A DNA stretch of 59,023 nt, counting the filler, from Dugesia japonica (Eukaryota): assembly GCA_001938525.1 (NCBI GenBank). It is 5 parts of 5 records of this genome, joined end to end, with 100 filler letters (N's around TTAATTAATTAA, not from the genome) between each part and the next. Parts side by side here need not be neighbours in the genome. Positions count along the whole stretch, not along the records: positions 8,804 to 23,033 come from MQRL01623499.1; positions 23,134 to 31,922 come from MQRL01585169.1; 3 more parts are not named here. The stretch is one strand, 5' to 3'. Every line of letters begins with the position of its first letter. Within the stretch, counting starts at the first letter, position 1. Made by a program: the position numbers and the translations under genes. Of the stretch, positions 12,525-24,380 are shown one piece after another. Below the pieces are notes generated by a model, which was not told where the DNA came from, did no database searches, and worked only from the letters and a program-made list of their open reading frames with translations.

Positions 12525-12962
12525 TTTTCAATCAAATTAAATAAATCTAAAGTAGTATTATTCACATATTTTTGAAAATTCAAATTTTTTAGTTCTAGTA
12601 TTACTAGCTTTCATGTTGAGAACTAATTTACAGATAAATAGTCATATCTTAAAAGTCTTAGAGCAGGAAATAACTCTGTTTCAAACCAGTAGTTATCTAT
12701 TCTTGTTAATTTATACAAATTAGTTGAAACTCATGTGTTTACGTAAATTGATAACGGCTGTAAATTTTTATATCCTAGGGTTCAAATGATGTGGTTCCAA
12801 TGGTTTCGTACAACCAATTATTCTACATTTTCCTGATCTAAAGTATATAATTGTAAATTTATCACTTTTGACTTTAAATTAACACGGTTTGCCTGTAGGA
12901 AAGCTTATTTTCTTTGTTACTTCTTGTGTCGTTTCACCTCTGTAATAAATATTGGTTATCAT
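12525..12962 (-). pseudogene. TBP-like pseudogene, paralog of 51813-52256
   Basis: Manual translation: MITNIYYRGETTQEVTKKISFPTGKPC*FKVKSDKFTIIYFRSGKCRIIGCTKPL ... NLYKLTRIDNYWFETELFPALRLLRYDYLSVN*FST*KLVILELK. Contains stops and a frameshift. Confidence 0.85.
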
Positions 12963-14169
12963 AATTGATGAATTAAAGAGGAACATTAGGGTTTTGATGA
13001 ATTTAATTTAATTGATTCATTAAAACAATGTACTACATTATAAATAAATTGAAGAAAATCGAGATAAAGAAATGATAATCAAATTATTCTACGTAAAAGA
13101 AATACCGTCATAAGCCCTAGTTTACACAGTTATTAGAAAATAATACATAGCTGTTATGTAAATGATACACTCATAAAACCTATATTACATAGCTGCTAAG
13201 TAAATAATACAATGTGAATATACAAATATTACACTCATAAACTATATATTACATGGTAACTATGTAAAAATACCTTCATAAACCCTATGTTGGACGTTTA
13301 CTATGTAAATAATTCCCTCATAAGTCTTATATTTCATAAACCTTATATTTCATGGTTGTTATGTATAAAATACACTCATAATCCTTATAAGACATGGTTG
13401 CTATGTAAATAATACAAAGTAAATATGTGAAAAACAGACTCATACATGGTTAATAATAAATAATACATACAAAAACCATTAAACGGTTGTTTTGTAAATA
13501 ATATACGCGTAAATAGATTATTTATTAAATGTTTCNTTGTCAATGAGATTTTTTATTAAAAATTGCAACACTAATGAGTATTTTTATTTAAAATTGGATC
13601 GCTAATGAGATTTTTTATTTAAAATTGCATCACTGATATGGTTTTATAGAAAATTACCTAGTTAATATTTTTTTTATGAAAAAAGTTCTGTTTTTGTCAT
13701 CTTGTATAGAAAAGTTTTAATTTGAATATTGTATCATGCAAATATCACAAAGACTCTCTCTTTGAACTTTTTTNNNNNNNNNNNNNNNNNNNNNNNNNNN
13801 NNNNNNNNNNNNNNNNNNNNNNNNNNNNNNNNNNNNNNNNNNNNNNNNNNNNNNNNNNNNNNNNNNNNNNNNNNNNNNNNNNNNNNNNNNNNNNNNNNNN
13901 NNNNNNNNNNNNNNNNNNNNNNNNNNNNNNNNNNNNNNNNNNNNNNNNNNNNNNNNNNNNNNNNNNNNNNNNNNNNNNNNNNNNNNNNNNNNNNNNNATA
14001 AATTCAACTCAGAAGCATTACAGCTGCAACACACATACACTGAAAATCACAAGTCTGAAAATTTTTAAAACTCAGCATAGCTGCCATTTTGATTTTTTTT
14101 TAAAACTTAATATAGCCACCATTTTGAATTTTATTTTATTTAATTATAATAAAAAGATTTCCCTAATTT

Positions 14170-14810
14170 AAATGAAAAATTTCCCTCCAAAATAATTTTT
14201 TTTGAATTTCCCGCCAAAAATATTTTTTTTTGAATTTCCAGCCAAAATTTTTTTTTTAAATTTCCCGCCAAAGAATTTTCAAAAATATCAAGACTCTTCT
14301 CTTCCCTGTTCGAAAATATTAAAAAACAACACTTCCCTGATCAAAATACCAAAAAATAAAAGAAAATTTTAAAAAAATACATCAAATACTCAAAAATAAC
14401 ATTACTTTCATTAAATTCATCAATTTAAGGAAAATACACTATTTTTAACCAAAATAAATATTTCAAAAAATTATAATTACATAACCACTCGACAGAAAAA
14501 TTTCAAAAAATTCTTAAAAATTCGATAATTAATTCTCTTTCCACACATACCAACCTGCACTTCACAAAAATTTTTTTAACACTTTTATACTACTTACACA
14601 TTAAAACAATCAAATAGTAGCCCTTAAAATAAAAAATCAAAGCACATTTGACAACCAACATCTTCACCATCACATTACCTCTCCAACAAACCATCAACCA
14701 ACAAATTCGATCAACCACATACCAACCTACAGCCTCCATAAAAACTACCACGATAACTCATACGACTGTGCCCGTGTGCCACTACCCTTGTATCAAAAAC
14801 CATCCATCCA
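14170..14810 (+). repeat. Conserved non-coding block with TTTCCCGCCAAA tandem units, homologous to 53290-53940
   Basis: Colinear similarity, e.g. AAATAAAAAATCAAAGCACATT and CCACGATAACTCATA.GACTGT...GCCACTACCCTT in both copies. Confidence 0.85.
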
Positions 14811-14864
14811 ATTTCATAAGTTCTTTAGACAATATATAGACCAAATTTTTGTCCAACCACAAAC

Positions 14865-15210
14865 AAATCTTCAAAACAACAAAAAAATTATCTCCAAGAT
14901 ATCCAGCTCCTTCTAGTTTTTTCCACTCTTACACAGGCAACGACGCACACAAACTCAACTTGATCTACTTTTTAAAAACCATCTTAGCAACCCAAACACA
15001 CACAAAATTTAAAATTTAAAAATACACACACACACTTTCAGGATCAAAAAACTGGAAAAAAACTGCGGATCAGTTTTTTTGATCCTGAAAGTGTGTGTGT
15101 GTGTATTTTTAAATTTTAAATTTTGTGTGCGTCGTTGTGTGTATAAGACTGGAAAAAACGAGGAGGAGCTGGATATCTTGGAGATAATTTTTTGTTGTTT
15201 TGAAGATTTT
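14865..15210. repeat. ~350-bp fold-back palindrome centred near 15063
   Basis: ACACACTTTCAGGATCAAAAAACTG pairs with CAGTTTTTTTGATCCTGAAAGTGTGT; outer arms AAATCTTCAAAACAAC and GTTGTTTTGAAGATTT. Confidence 0.9.
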
Positions 15211-15344
15211 TTTTTTTAAAAACACACTTTCAGGATCAAAAAAACTGATATGATCAAAAAATAATTTGATCTGATCAAAATTTTTTGATCCTAAAAATCT
15301 TAGAAAAAAAATGCGCACAAAAATTATGTCTAAGAAAACGTAGC

Positions 15345-18300
15345 TCAAGCGTATTGTGAAGTGTTGCATTAATCAAACCTCGAATTTTCCTGAACTGTCT
15401 TTCAATTTGTCCGTTTGCATTATGATGGTAAGGACTCGAAAAGCAAAGTTTAGTATCTAACTTCAGTGCAAACTCTATCATAATTTAGGATTCAAAAGCT
15501 TTTTCACCATCGAGTCTTATTTCTCTTCGACATCCAAATCTTAATATCCACTTTTCAAAAATAGCTTTTCGCATTGTTTCCTCGTTTTGTCTAGGCAATG
15601 GTATAAGAACCAGATATTTACTGTACTGGTCGATTATTCCAAGAATTTATTTTTTACGTCCACTTGTTTCCTGCATTGACCCACATATATCTGTGAATAT
15701 GACTTCAAACAAATTTGTAGCTTCTTATCTCTTTGTCTTCTCTTTAGTTGCTGTCGTCACTACTTTGATTTTCTGACAAATTTTTCAACTACGAACTATT
15801 TTCTGTATATGGCTCCACATATTCTTTGAAATGTATTTGTTTCTCATGTATTCATACATCTTCTCAACTTCTGTATGACATAATAATTTATGTATTTTTT
15901 CTATTGTCTAATGTATTTTGTCATCCGAAACTTTTATTTTCTTGATTAAATTTGTGTCCTCAGAAATGTTTAATTGCTCTTCTTTTTCCTTTTCAATTAT
16001 GTTCAGTATTCTTGTTTTAATCTTCCCTTTCTTGGCATCTTCATGTGACATTTGNNNNNNNNNNNNNNNNNNNNATCTTGGTCTAGATAACATATCTGCA
16101 TTACCATGTTGAATTCCTTTTCTATATTCCAGAACCATGTCTAGACTACTCACATGATTAATCCATGTCTGAAATTGTGATGTAATTGGTTTCTTCGTCT
16201 TCATCATGAAGGTTAGAGCTTTATGATCTGCTCTCAGAGTAAATCTTCTACCGNNNNNNNNNNNNNNNNNNNNNNNNNNNNNNNNNNNNNNNNNNNNNNN
16301 NNNNNNNNNNNNNNNNNNNNNNNNNNNNNNNNNNNNNNNNNNNNNNNNNNNNNNNNNNNNNNNNNNNNNNNNNNNNNNNNNNNNNNNNNNNNNNNNNNCA
16401 AAACTGGCATCTGTATCTAATATAAATTCTCTGTTTATGTCTGGAAAACACAATATTGGTGCAGTCATTAGATATTTCTTTAGACCCTCAAAAGTATAGT
16501 TTATTTCATCTGTTCATTCTAATTATATGCTGCTTGGCTCGCTACACAACTGCTCTAAAATCCTTGATTTTCTTGCGTAGTTTTCTATAAACTTTCTATA
16601 ATAATTACATATTCCTAAGAAACTTCGTAACTTCTTCACACAGTTAGATTTACTAATGTTTTTATTGCTTCTATTTTAAACGGATCAGTTCGGACACTAT
16701 CCTTGCTAATTATGTGTCCAAGAAATTTGATTTCGTTTTGAAGAAGTTGACACTTTTCTGAATTAATCCTTAGACCAGCCTTTAATATTTTCGTCAATAA
16801 TCTTTCAATTACTTCATGAGCTTTATTGTTCGTAAATATCAAGATGTCATCAAGATAAACCATGGCTCAATTGGTTTCGCTTACCACTTTTGTCATCATC
16901 TCTTAAAATGTCCCTGGGGCCGCTGAGATGCCAAATGGCATTCTATTAAAACAAGATTGTCCATGGTTTGTTGAAAACGCCGTTTTTTCTTGAGATTCTT
17001 CTTCGAGTTCTACCTGATAGTATGCATTTCCCAAATCTATTGAACTGAAATATTTGGCTCCATCTAACTTGTCCAGCATTTCATCGATATCAAGTATAGG
17101 AAAGGCTTGTCTTTTTGTTACTGCATTCAATTGTCTAAATTCCAAACATAATCTTATGTCCTTCTTTTCCTTTATCCAAACACAGATCAGTGGGGTATTC
17201 CATTTTTTTCAATTTTCAGATAATATTATTCTCGATAAGGTTTTGGATAGCTTCTTTAATTTTAGATTCTAAATTCACTGGTTGCATGTACGGTTTTACA
17301 TTGTTCGGTTCACTACTTGTAATTATTCTGTGTCTTGTCAGATGATTGCATCCTACATCCCATTTATCTGCCATAAAAGCATCTTCTTTACTTCCGATGA
17401 TCCTCTTTAATTTTCAAAATATTTAAAGCTCTTGCCAATATCACTTAATTTGTCTTACAAATTTTGTTTCAATATTGCAAATGTAATTTTCAACTTTTTC
17501 ATCCGTTTTGCTATCGACCTTTCGCATAAGCTGGTATCCAAAAACTCTAAACATATCTATTCCTTTTATCAGATCTTTCAGCAACTAAGAAAGTAATCTC
17601 TTTGCAAACTTCGTCAATTATAACTCCAGTTCTTTTTTCCAACAATTTCAAGTTTACTATTATTTGCACAACGCAATCTTTTATCACTCATTTCTAAATG
17701 TAATTCTCGTAATTTATTAAAATAACTCAAACTCATCATGTTAATTCGAGCCTCTGTCTCTAATAGACATTCGACTTTATTTCCTTGAATTGATACTGTT
17801 ACATTTGGTTTGCCTTGCAATTTATGGTACAAAATATTTGTTTTCTGTTCTGCTTCAACTGCTCCAATCCATTTTACTTTTCTATCATCCAAAATAATTT
17901 CCCTCTTAAAGAACCTGTATACTTTTTCTAAACCTTTTCCGATATCATCCCATTTTTGGAGACCTTGAGGATAATCAATTATTTCATTTTCGTCAATTAA
18001 TATTTTATCGGAATATTTTAATTTTTAATTAATATTTTATTAATATTTTAATTAATATTTTATGGCTCCAACCAACTCTTCTACTGGTGGAGCCCTGCCT
18101 TTTTGATACTTTCTTTCCGAATCACTTTCATACACTTCTTCATATCTATCGTTTCTATTGACATCTTTATCTTAAATCGCATGTACTCGATTATATCGGT
18201 TTCTTGATATATCTGAAATTGTAAATTTGTCACTTGTTTTGTTCATTTTCAAGTTTGTGTAGCACTCTTCTGCTCTATGTCAGACATAACCACATCATTT

Positions 18301-19277
18301 ACACCTCACTTCTTGACATAACCTTCTAATATGGTCAACCTTTCCAAAGCCAAAACAATTTGTTGGTTTTTTATTTGGACAATCTCGAGTTATATGTCCT
18401 GTTTTATGATAGGTCCAACACTCTCCTACTTTTTTCGTTGGACAATTTGCTTTAGTATGACCGATCTTATGACATAACCAACACTCGATATTTTGTTTTT
18501 CCTTTCTTTGATCCACAGTATGATTTACAGGTTTCTGATAATTTTGACTTCTAACTTTCGCGTAACTTCTAACTGCATTGACTTGATCTCTGTTTTTCTC
18601 TACTCGATCTACTAACGTCATTGTTTCTTCAATTTCATCTATATTCTCTCGTTTTTGCAAAGTCACTTCTTCAACGTTTTTGTTATCTGAACAATATACT
18701 AGCATCTTTGCTACCATTTTTTCTTCAGTTAAATCTTTATTTGTAAATAATCGTTTTTCATTTTTAAAATAAACTTGAATCTCTTCATTTCCACGCCTGT
18801 AGTTAATCAAATTTTGAAAATCTTTGATAATATCTTTCTCTTTCTCAAATGCCATGCGTAAATCGGCCTGAAATCCTTCAACTTTTTTCAACGTCTTTGC
18901 ATATTCTTTTAACCAATCTTCATCTAACAAACACGAGACCAATCTCTATGTTGTTTCACATAGGTGATATTTTTAGCTTCAAAATACAATTTACACCGCT
19001 TGATGAATTTCTCAATATCATCTCCTCTGCGGAAAATTTCCGGCAATAACCTTTATGTAATGGAATCGGTATTTACCACTGCCACCATATTAGATAAATC
19101 TTCAATTGGTAATTCATTTTCCAAATCAAACCTAATATTTTGTTACATCATTTATTTTACTACTACAACTCTGCTATTTAGAAATAATTATCATTGAAAA
19201 GAACTGATTGAAACTTAGTGCTGAATTAACTCACTTTCTATTGTCTAAAAATATTAAATAATAATTATTTCCTTACA
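15345..19277 (-). mobile_element. Ty3/Gypsy element with 5' LTR (~19088-19277), PBS and degraded gag-PR-RT-RH-INT; 3' truncated
   Basis: Gag CCHC knuckles, CLLETEA (protease site), RMPFG, VYLDDI, FILDTDAS, integrase SSPYHHNANGQIER. PBS TGGTGGCAGTGG at 19087-19076; LTR begins TGTAAG. Confidence 0.95.
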
Positions 19278-19358
19278 TAGATAATATAAAAAAATAGAAA
19301 TGGAAGAAGAAAAAAATAATTTAATTCGAAAACCTACTTCCCAATATTAACAAAAAAA

Positions 19359-19643
19359 TTGGAATTTTGTATTGTATTCAATAAAAAAATGGATGAATTC
19401 TTAGAAAGAGTTTCTCAAGATAAAAATTACTTGAATCAAATTTGCCAAGAATATTCAAAAGTAAAACACTTAACATTGTTGAAAATTTTTCCACAATTAG
19501 ATCAATATAAAATTCAAATGGAAATTACTGGTGAGACAATATACCAGCTAGATATTAAAGTCGAGGTGTTAATTGAACGTTTAAAGAAATGGGGAGGTGT
19601 TGATGAAAATAAAATTGATAATAATAATAAAATTGATAATTGA
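19359..19643 (+). CDS. Unknown ORF upstream of the capsid-like relic, probable Polinton gene
   Basis: 94-aa open frame with no recognised motif; assignment from context only. Confidence 0.3.
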   Translation: MEFCIVFNKKMDEFLERVSQDKNYLNQICQEYSKVKHLTLLKIFPQLDQYKIQMEITGETIYQLDIKVEVLIERLKKWGGVDENKIDNNNKIDN

Positions 19644-19699
19644 AGCTAAAAATGCAAAAATTCGAGAAATTAATAAAGACCTATAAAGCTGTGTTTGTA

Positions 19700-20440
19700 T
19701 TAGACAAATGGAAGATAAATTATTACTTTACGGTGAGGCTACAATGGTGAGGCTACAATGATTGCAAAATTTAAATTATTAATTTTAGAATTACATATTC
19801 CAGAATGGAATTTAAATTCAAGAAAAGAAATGGAATATATAGATCAATTAACTTCAAATAAACCAATTCCAGTTTCATTTTTAAATAGATTATGTGGTAA
19901 TCAATCAATGGATACAGGAACAAATTATTCAATTAAAATTGGTAATTTAGCATATAAATCAAGATTTATTTTAATTGTATTTAAACAAGCAGAAATATCA
20001 TTTGAAAAAATAATTATTTATTTATACAAAAGAATACAATTATTATAATAATTATTACAATTATTATTAAAATAATTATTATAAAAATTATTTATTTAAT
20101 ACAATTACTGGAAAAGTTTCTGATAAAGATACACCAGTAGATTATTGTGTAAGAATTATTCAAATTTAATTAAATAATTCATATTTTTCAATAAATCGAA
20201 TGGAAATGAATATTAAAAATAATGAAGTAATATTTTCATATTAAACATATGTGTAGATACATGTTTAGAATTTTTTATTCAACCACAATTATCATTAATA
20301 GAATGGAAAACTTTGTATTCAATTTTTTATATGAATGTATCAGGCCAAGATTCAAAATTATCAATAAATATTGTTGATATAACTTCAAATGTAACAAAAG
20401 AAACAAATTTAAAAGGAAATATTTATTGGGTTATATATTC
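19700..20440 (+). pseudogene. Polinton/Maverick major-capsid-like (double jelly-roll) C-terminal relic
   Basis: ELHIPE...NKPIPVSFLNRLC...KSRFILIVFK and LSLIEWKTLYSIFYMNVSGQDSKL resemble remembered Polinton capsid motifs (W.MP.V..S...IP.AFR.RQC; KPRYIIV.FQ; LYPLFV.DVSKQ). Confidence 0.6.
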
Positions 20441-20944
20441 TAGAGAATTAAATAATCTTGGAGAAAACATTCTGGAGCAAGACATTTACCAGAACATAAA
20501 AGGCTATTTCTCATCTTTACATAAATTAACCATGTCTATTAAATAGATAATATTTGGCTGATTCCAAATCTATAAAAATAAAATCGTTAAAGTTTATTCG
20601 GGATGAAATAAATGTGGTTTTGTGACGGAAAATATCAAATTTTGATTTTTGGTGCTTAATTTTCTCTGCGTATATAACTCTTGTGGTTTCAAATTTGGAA
20701 TTATTTTACTCAGGAGAAAAAAGTGACTGTACAAAGTTAAAATATCATCTCGAAAAATATGCTTCCAAACGAATATATACAGCTATCATCCCGGAATTGG
20801 TAACTATTTTCCAAAATTGAAAGATTATCTCAAAATTGGTCAAAGAGGTATCTACTCGATAGGGACTCTTTCACTGATTCCAAATATTTAAACCTAAAAT
20901 CATCAAACCTTAAAGATAAAAAGTTATATAGAAAAAACATGTAT

Positions 20945-21210
20945 TCATTTAAAATAAAAGCTTCGATCAAAATTGTTTATTTAATTTGGTATTTGATAGC
21001 AATTCGATATTTTGACTTAGTCTTCTTCAGGAATTGACTTTCAATTGACTTTCAAAGTCAATTCCTGAAGAAGACTAAGTCGAAATATAGAATTTCTATC
21101 AAATACCAAATTATAAAAAACAATTTTGATCGAAGCTTTTATTTTAAATGAATTTTGTAAAATGATCAATGGTTATGTCCAACAATTATTCTCGCAATAA
21201 TTGCAATTAT
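20945..21210. mobile_element. Short PLE-end insertion: ~210-bp palindrome plus 3' tail
   Basis: Arms TTCATTTAAAATAAAAGCTTCGATCAAAA and TTTTGATCGAAGCTTTTATTTTAAATGAA; tail CAACAATTATTCTCGCAATAATTGCAATT recurs elsewhere in the window. Confidence 0.75.
21059..21095 (+). ncRNA. Minimal type I hammerhead ribozyme motif (mirror copy at 21000-21036, minus strand)
   Basis: aattc-CTGAAGA-A-GAC-TAA-GTC-GAAA-TATA-gaatt: stem I, conserved core, stem II, loopless stem III. Confidence 0.75.
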
Positions 21211-23033
21211 AAAAAAACGTACTTCAGTTTGGGAGTCTCCGAGGAAATTATGAATTTTGGAAAGACTAATTCGAATTTGAACATCAAAGTATCTATTCGA
21301 TAGATAATCTGACGTTGAGTAAGAAAGATATAGTTTCAAATAGTCAAATCTTATAGATAAAAAGTTATATAGAAAAACAAAGTGAAAATTAAATAGTCAC
21401 TCATTGATATCGAACCACCACTGATGAACTGTAAAATAAATGCTATTACCGCTGGAACATGAAGTAATTAAAAATCTACAGGTATCATTATTAATACAGA
21501 TAAAATTCACCAATTTTTATTATTCGTGAAAAAAATTAAAAACAAGTACTTATTATGAACTGCTCTCATGAATAATTATAGTCTCAAATAATAAACCATC
21601 AAATTTTGAAAAAATAAAAAGTAACTCAAATTTTAACATCAAAGTATCTATTGGATAGAAAATCATTTGGTGATTCTGAATATTATCAATTTAAATCGTA
21701 AAACATTATATGAGACTGTCAAAATCCGAAAACAAAGTGTAAAATAAATGGACAATCATAGGAATCGAACCCAAAACCACACGTATTAATACACCAGGAT
21801 ATACAAGGGTCATTTTTCAAACCAGAAAACTCTCCCCAGGATTAATTGAGTCCTGGTTTGGCCAGTGGAGATGCGGTAAGAAAACAAAAATAAAGAAATG
21901 GGAAAAAGGGAAAAAACTCAGAAAACACCCGAAATTTAGGACCCTATTTCAAATCTTCCTTTTCAGACTCACTGTCATAAACGATTCTACATTCGTGATC
22001 AGAATTGAATATTTCACTAGCTTGCCTTTTAAATCATGCAGGAAATGCTCTTTTCATCGCGAAAACTCAAGCACAAATTCTCTGCCATTGTGGTCCTTCT
22101 TCTTAATTAAATGGTTTCTTATCAAAAGATATGTAACATATAAAAAAACAATTAGAGATGTAAGTAATTAATCAGAGGAAATTATATTGGTATATTTGAC
22201 AGTTTCACCGGCATGTCCTTTGCATTTTAAATAAATTAGAAATGTGCATATGTATCAGAATATACTAATTTAAAAATAGTACTATCGATACTAATTATTT
22301 AAACTCATAGACAGTTTTTAAATCTCTATATGTTGATATCAAAAACTTTTTTAGTGTAATAGAAAAATATCTCTCTTGAAGCTTGTTGATAATTATCGAT
22401 TAAAGTATTGATTTGCACGATTTTAAAAATATCACAGAAACATTGGTCATTCTAATACGAATCCAACAATAAATAAGTTAATTAAAACAATAAAATAAGA
22501 AAATAGATGAAAAATATAAAATTTGTCATGAGAAAATTTAATTCGAAACTGGTATCAAAAACTCGATAACTGTGATGGGAAATTTTCGCTGTAGACTGTG
22601 TTTTGAAAATTTCTTAAAAAACTTTTTTAAAATATTGATTCGGATATTTGTTTTTCGACTTTAAAAATATTATAGTAATTTCTGTCATCCATTCACGTAT
22701 CCATCGATACCAGGATTGTCGTGATTAGACTATAAATAAAAGAACTGAAACAATTTTTTCACAAATTCGCAATTGTTCGTCAAGTGGTGCCATGCACAAA
22801 TATCTTTTTAAGTGACTTTTGCATACTAGCCTTTTAGGTAATAAAAACACAGTATTGTGGCCTCACCTCGTCCATGCAATCATAGTTTTAACAACGTGAA
22901 AATCAATAAGTGCAGTTGATTTTAGTAACGGTATTTTGTGAATATCAATTAGCACATTCGACACAATAAAATGAAAATAACGCCAATATGTGCACCTGTG
23001 CATTCCGCGTGCATGGATACCAGATTTGATCCA

Positions 23034-23133
23034 NNNNNNNNNNNNNNNNNNNNNNNNNNNNNNNNNNNNNNNNNNNNTTAATTAATTAANNNNNNNNNNN
23101 NNNNNNNNNNNNNNNNNNNNNNNNNNNNNNNNN
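23034..23133. other. Artificial 100-nt scaffold spacer
   Basis: N44-TTAATTAATTAA-N44. Confidence 0.95.
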
Positions 23134-24215
23134 TATAAATGGTAGTTTTACATATAGACCATGGTTGTCCAAAGTTTGACCCGTGGTCTCTTCTAAAGAA
23201 AATTTATGAAATTATTATTTATATATCTATTTAATTATTTTGAAAATGTTTTCCTGCAATTTATTTAATTATGAAGTTGAATATCATATATTTTTATACA
23301 TGTAATTTTTGTTTTACTTCAAGTTTTTACTTCATTCCCTTGCGTTGTGAATACACACATTTTACATATCGAATTATTCGATTTTCTTAGCCACATAAGC
23401 GTAACATTGCACTTCTTTCCTTTATTATATATTTATTAATAAAATTATCCAAAGGTCTATTCTTATCCATATTAATTATTGGTTTTAAGCTTTAAAATTT
23501 CACGTCAATGTGGTTTTATATTAAGTAAAATGATAAATTTATACGTACACGTTTTATTAAACATTTATTAATTTTTTAATTTAATTCAAATTAATATTAT
23601 TTTAAATATTTTACATCATATTATTGATTACCTACTTAAAACTTAATCTCCATTATAAATCAGTAGCGATGTTCTACAAAACTAAATGAATGAATTTATT
23701 GGCAGATTAAATATATTTGTTTTCTTGACAAAACTATTATTAGTAGTTGTAGCAGTTACGGGTTCGCAATCTGGNNNNNNNNNNNNNNNNNNNNNNNNNN
23801 NNNNNNNNNNNNNNNNCATTATATAATTGATTCGATTATTTTGGATTTGGAATGTATCTGGTTATAAATTCTAAATAGTCTTTCTTAAACATTGTCAATT
23901 ATTTTTGTCTAATGATATAATACGTCTGTGATGATATTTAATTGTTTACTTCAACGCTAAATCTAGTCTATTGACAGCCTCAAATATAAAATAAAATTTA
24001 TATTTCTTAAAGAAATATTCAATGTCAAATAAATAAAACAATGACAAATATTATTTACTTAACCAGTAAAACAAACAAAGAAATTCATTTACATTTATAA
24101 AATTGATTACTAGAGTGGAAAAAATAATCTTTTCTTTAATTTATTGATTTAATAGTGTCAGATTTTGACTGAATATTTTTTACAAAAATTTTCTTTAATT
24201 GAAATTTTCATTAAG

Positions 24216-24380
24216 GCTGCTGCAAAAATGGTTAAAGAAACTATGGATAAAAAATTTGGAGCTGCTTGGCATGTAATAATTGGTGAAGGCTACGGTTTTG
24301 AAATTACACATGAAACAAAGAATCTTTTATATATGTATTTCGGTGGAAATATGGCAATTGTTTTATGGAAGTGCTCTTAA
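24216..24380 (+). CDS. DNAL4: Last coding exon of axonemal dynein light chain 4
   Basis: After acceptor ttttcattaAG: AAAKMVKETMDKKFGAAWHVIIGEGYGFEITHETKNLLYMYFGGNMAIVLWKCS*, very close to the DNAL4 C-terminus. AATAAA at ~24457. Upstream exons not found. Confidence 0.92.
   Translation, partial: AAAKMVKETMDKKFGAAWHVIIGEGYGFEITHETKNLLYMYFGGNMAIVLWKCS

Larger units (their letters stand above)
9540..14130. repeat. Large inverted repeat (arms ~9540-11520 and ~13100-14130) around a gene-bearing spacer
   Basis: 9651-9704 is the reverse complement of ~14008-14061; 9940-10170 is the reverse complement of ~13543-13773; the minisatellite at 10600-11520 is mirrored at 13100-13510. Confidence 0.9.

Noticed and set aside
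21755-21785. tRNA gene suggested by a B-box
   Set aside because: No cloverleaf or A-box could be built.
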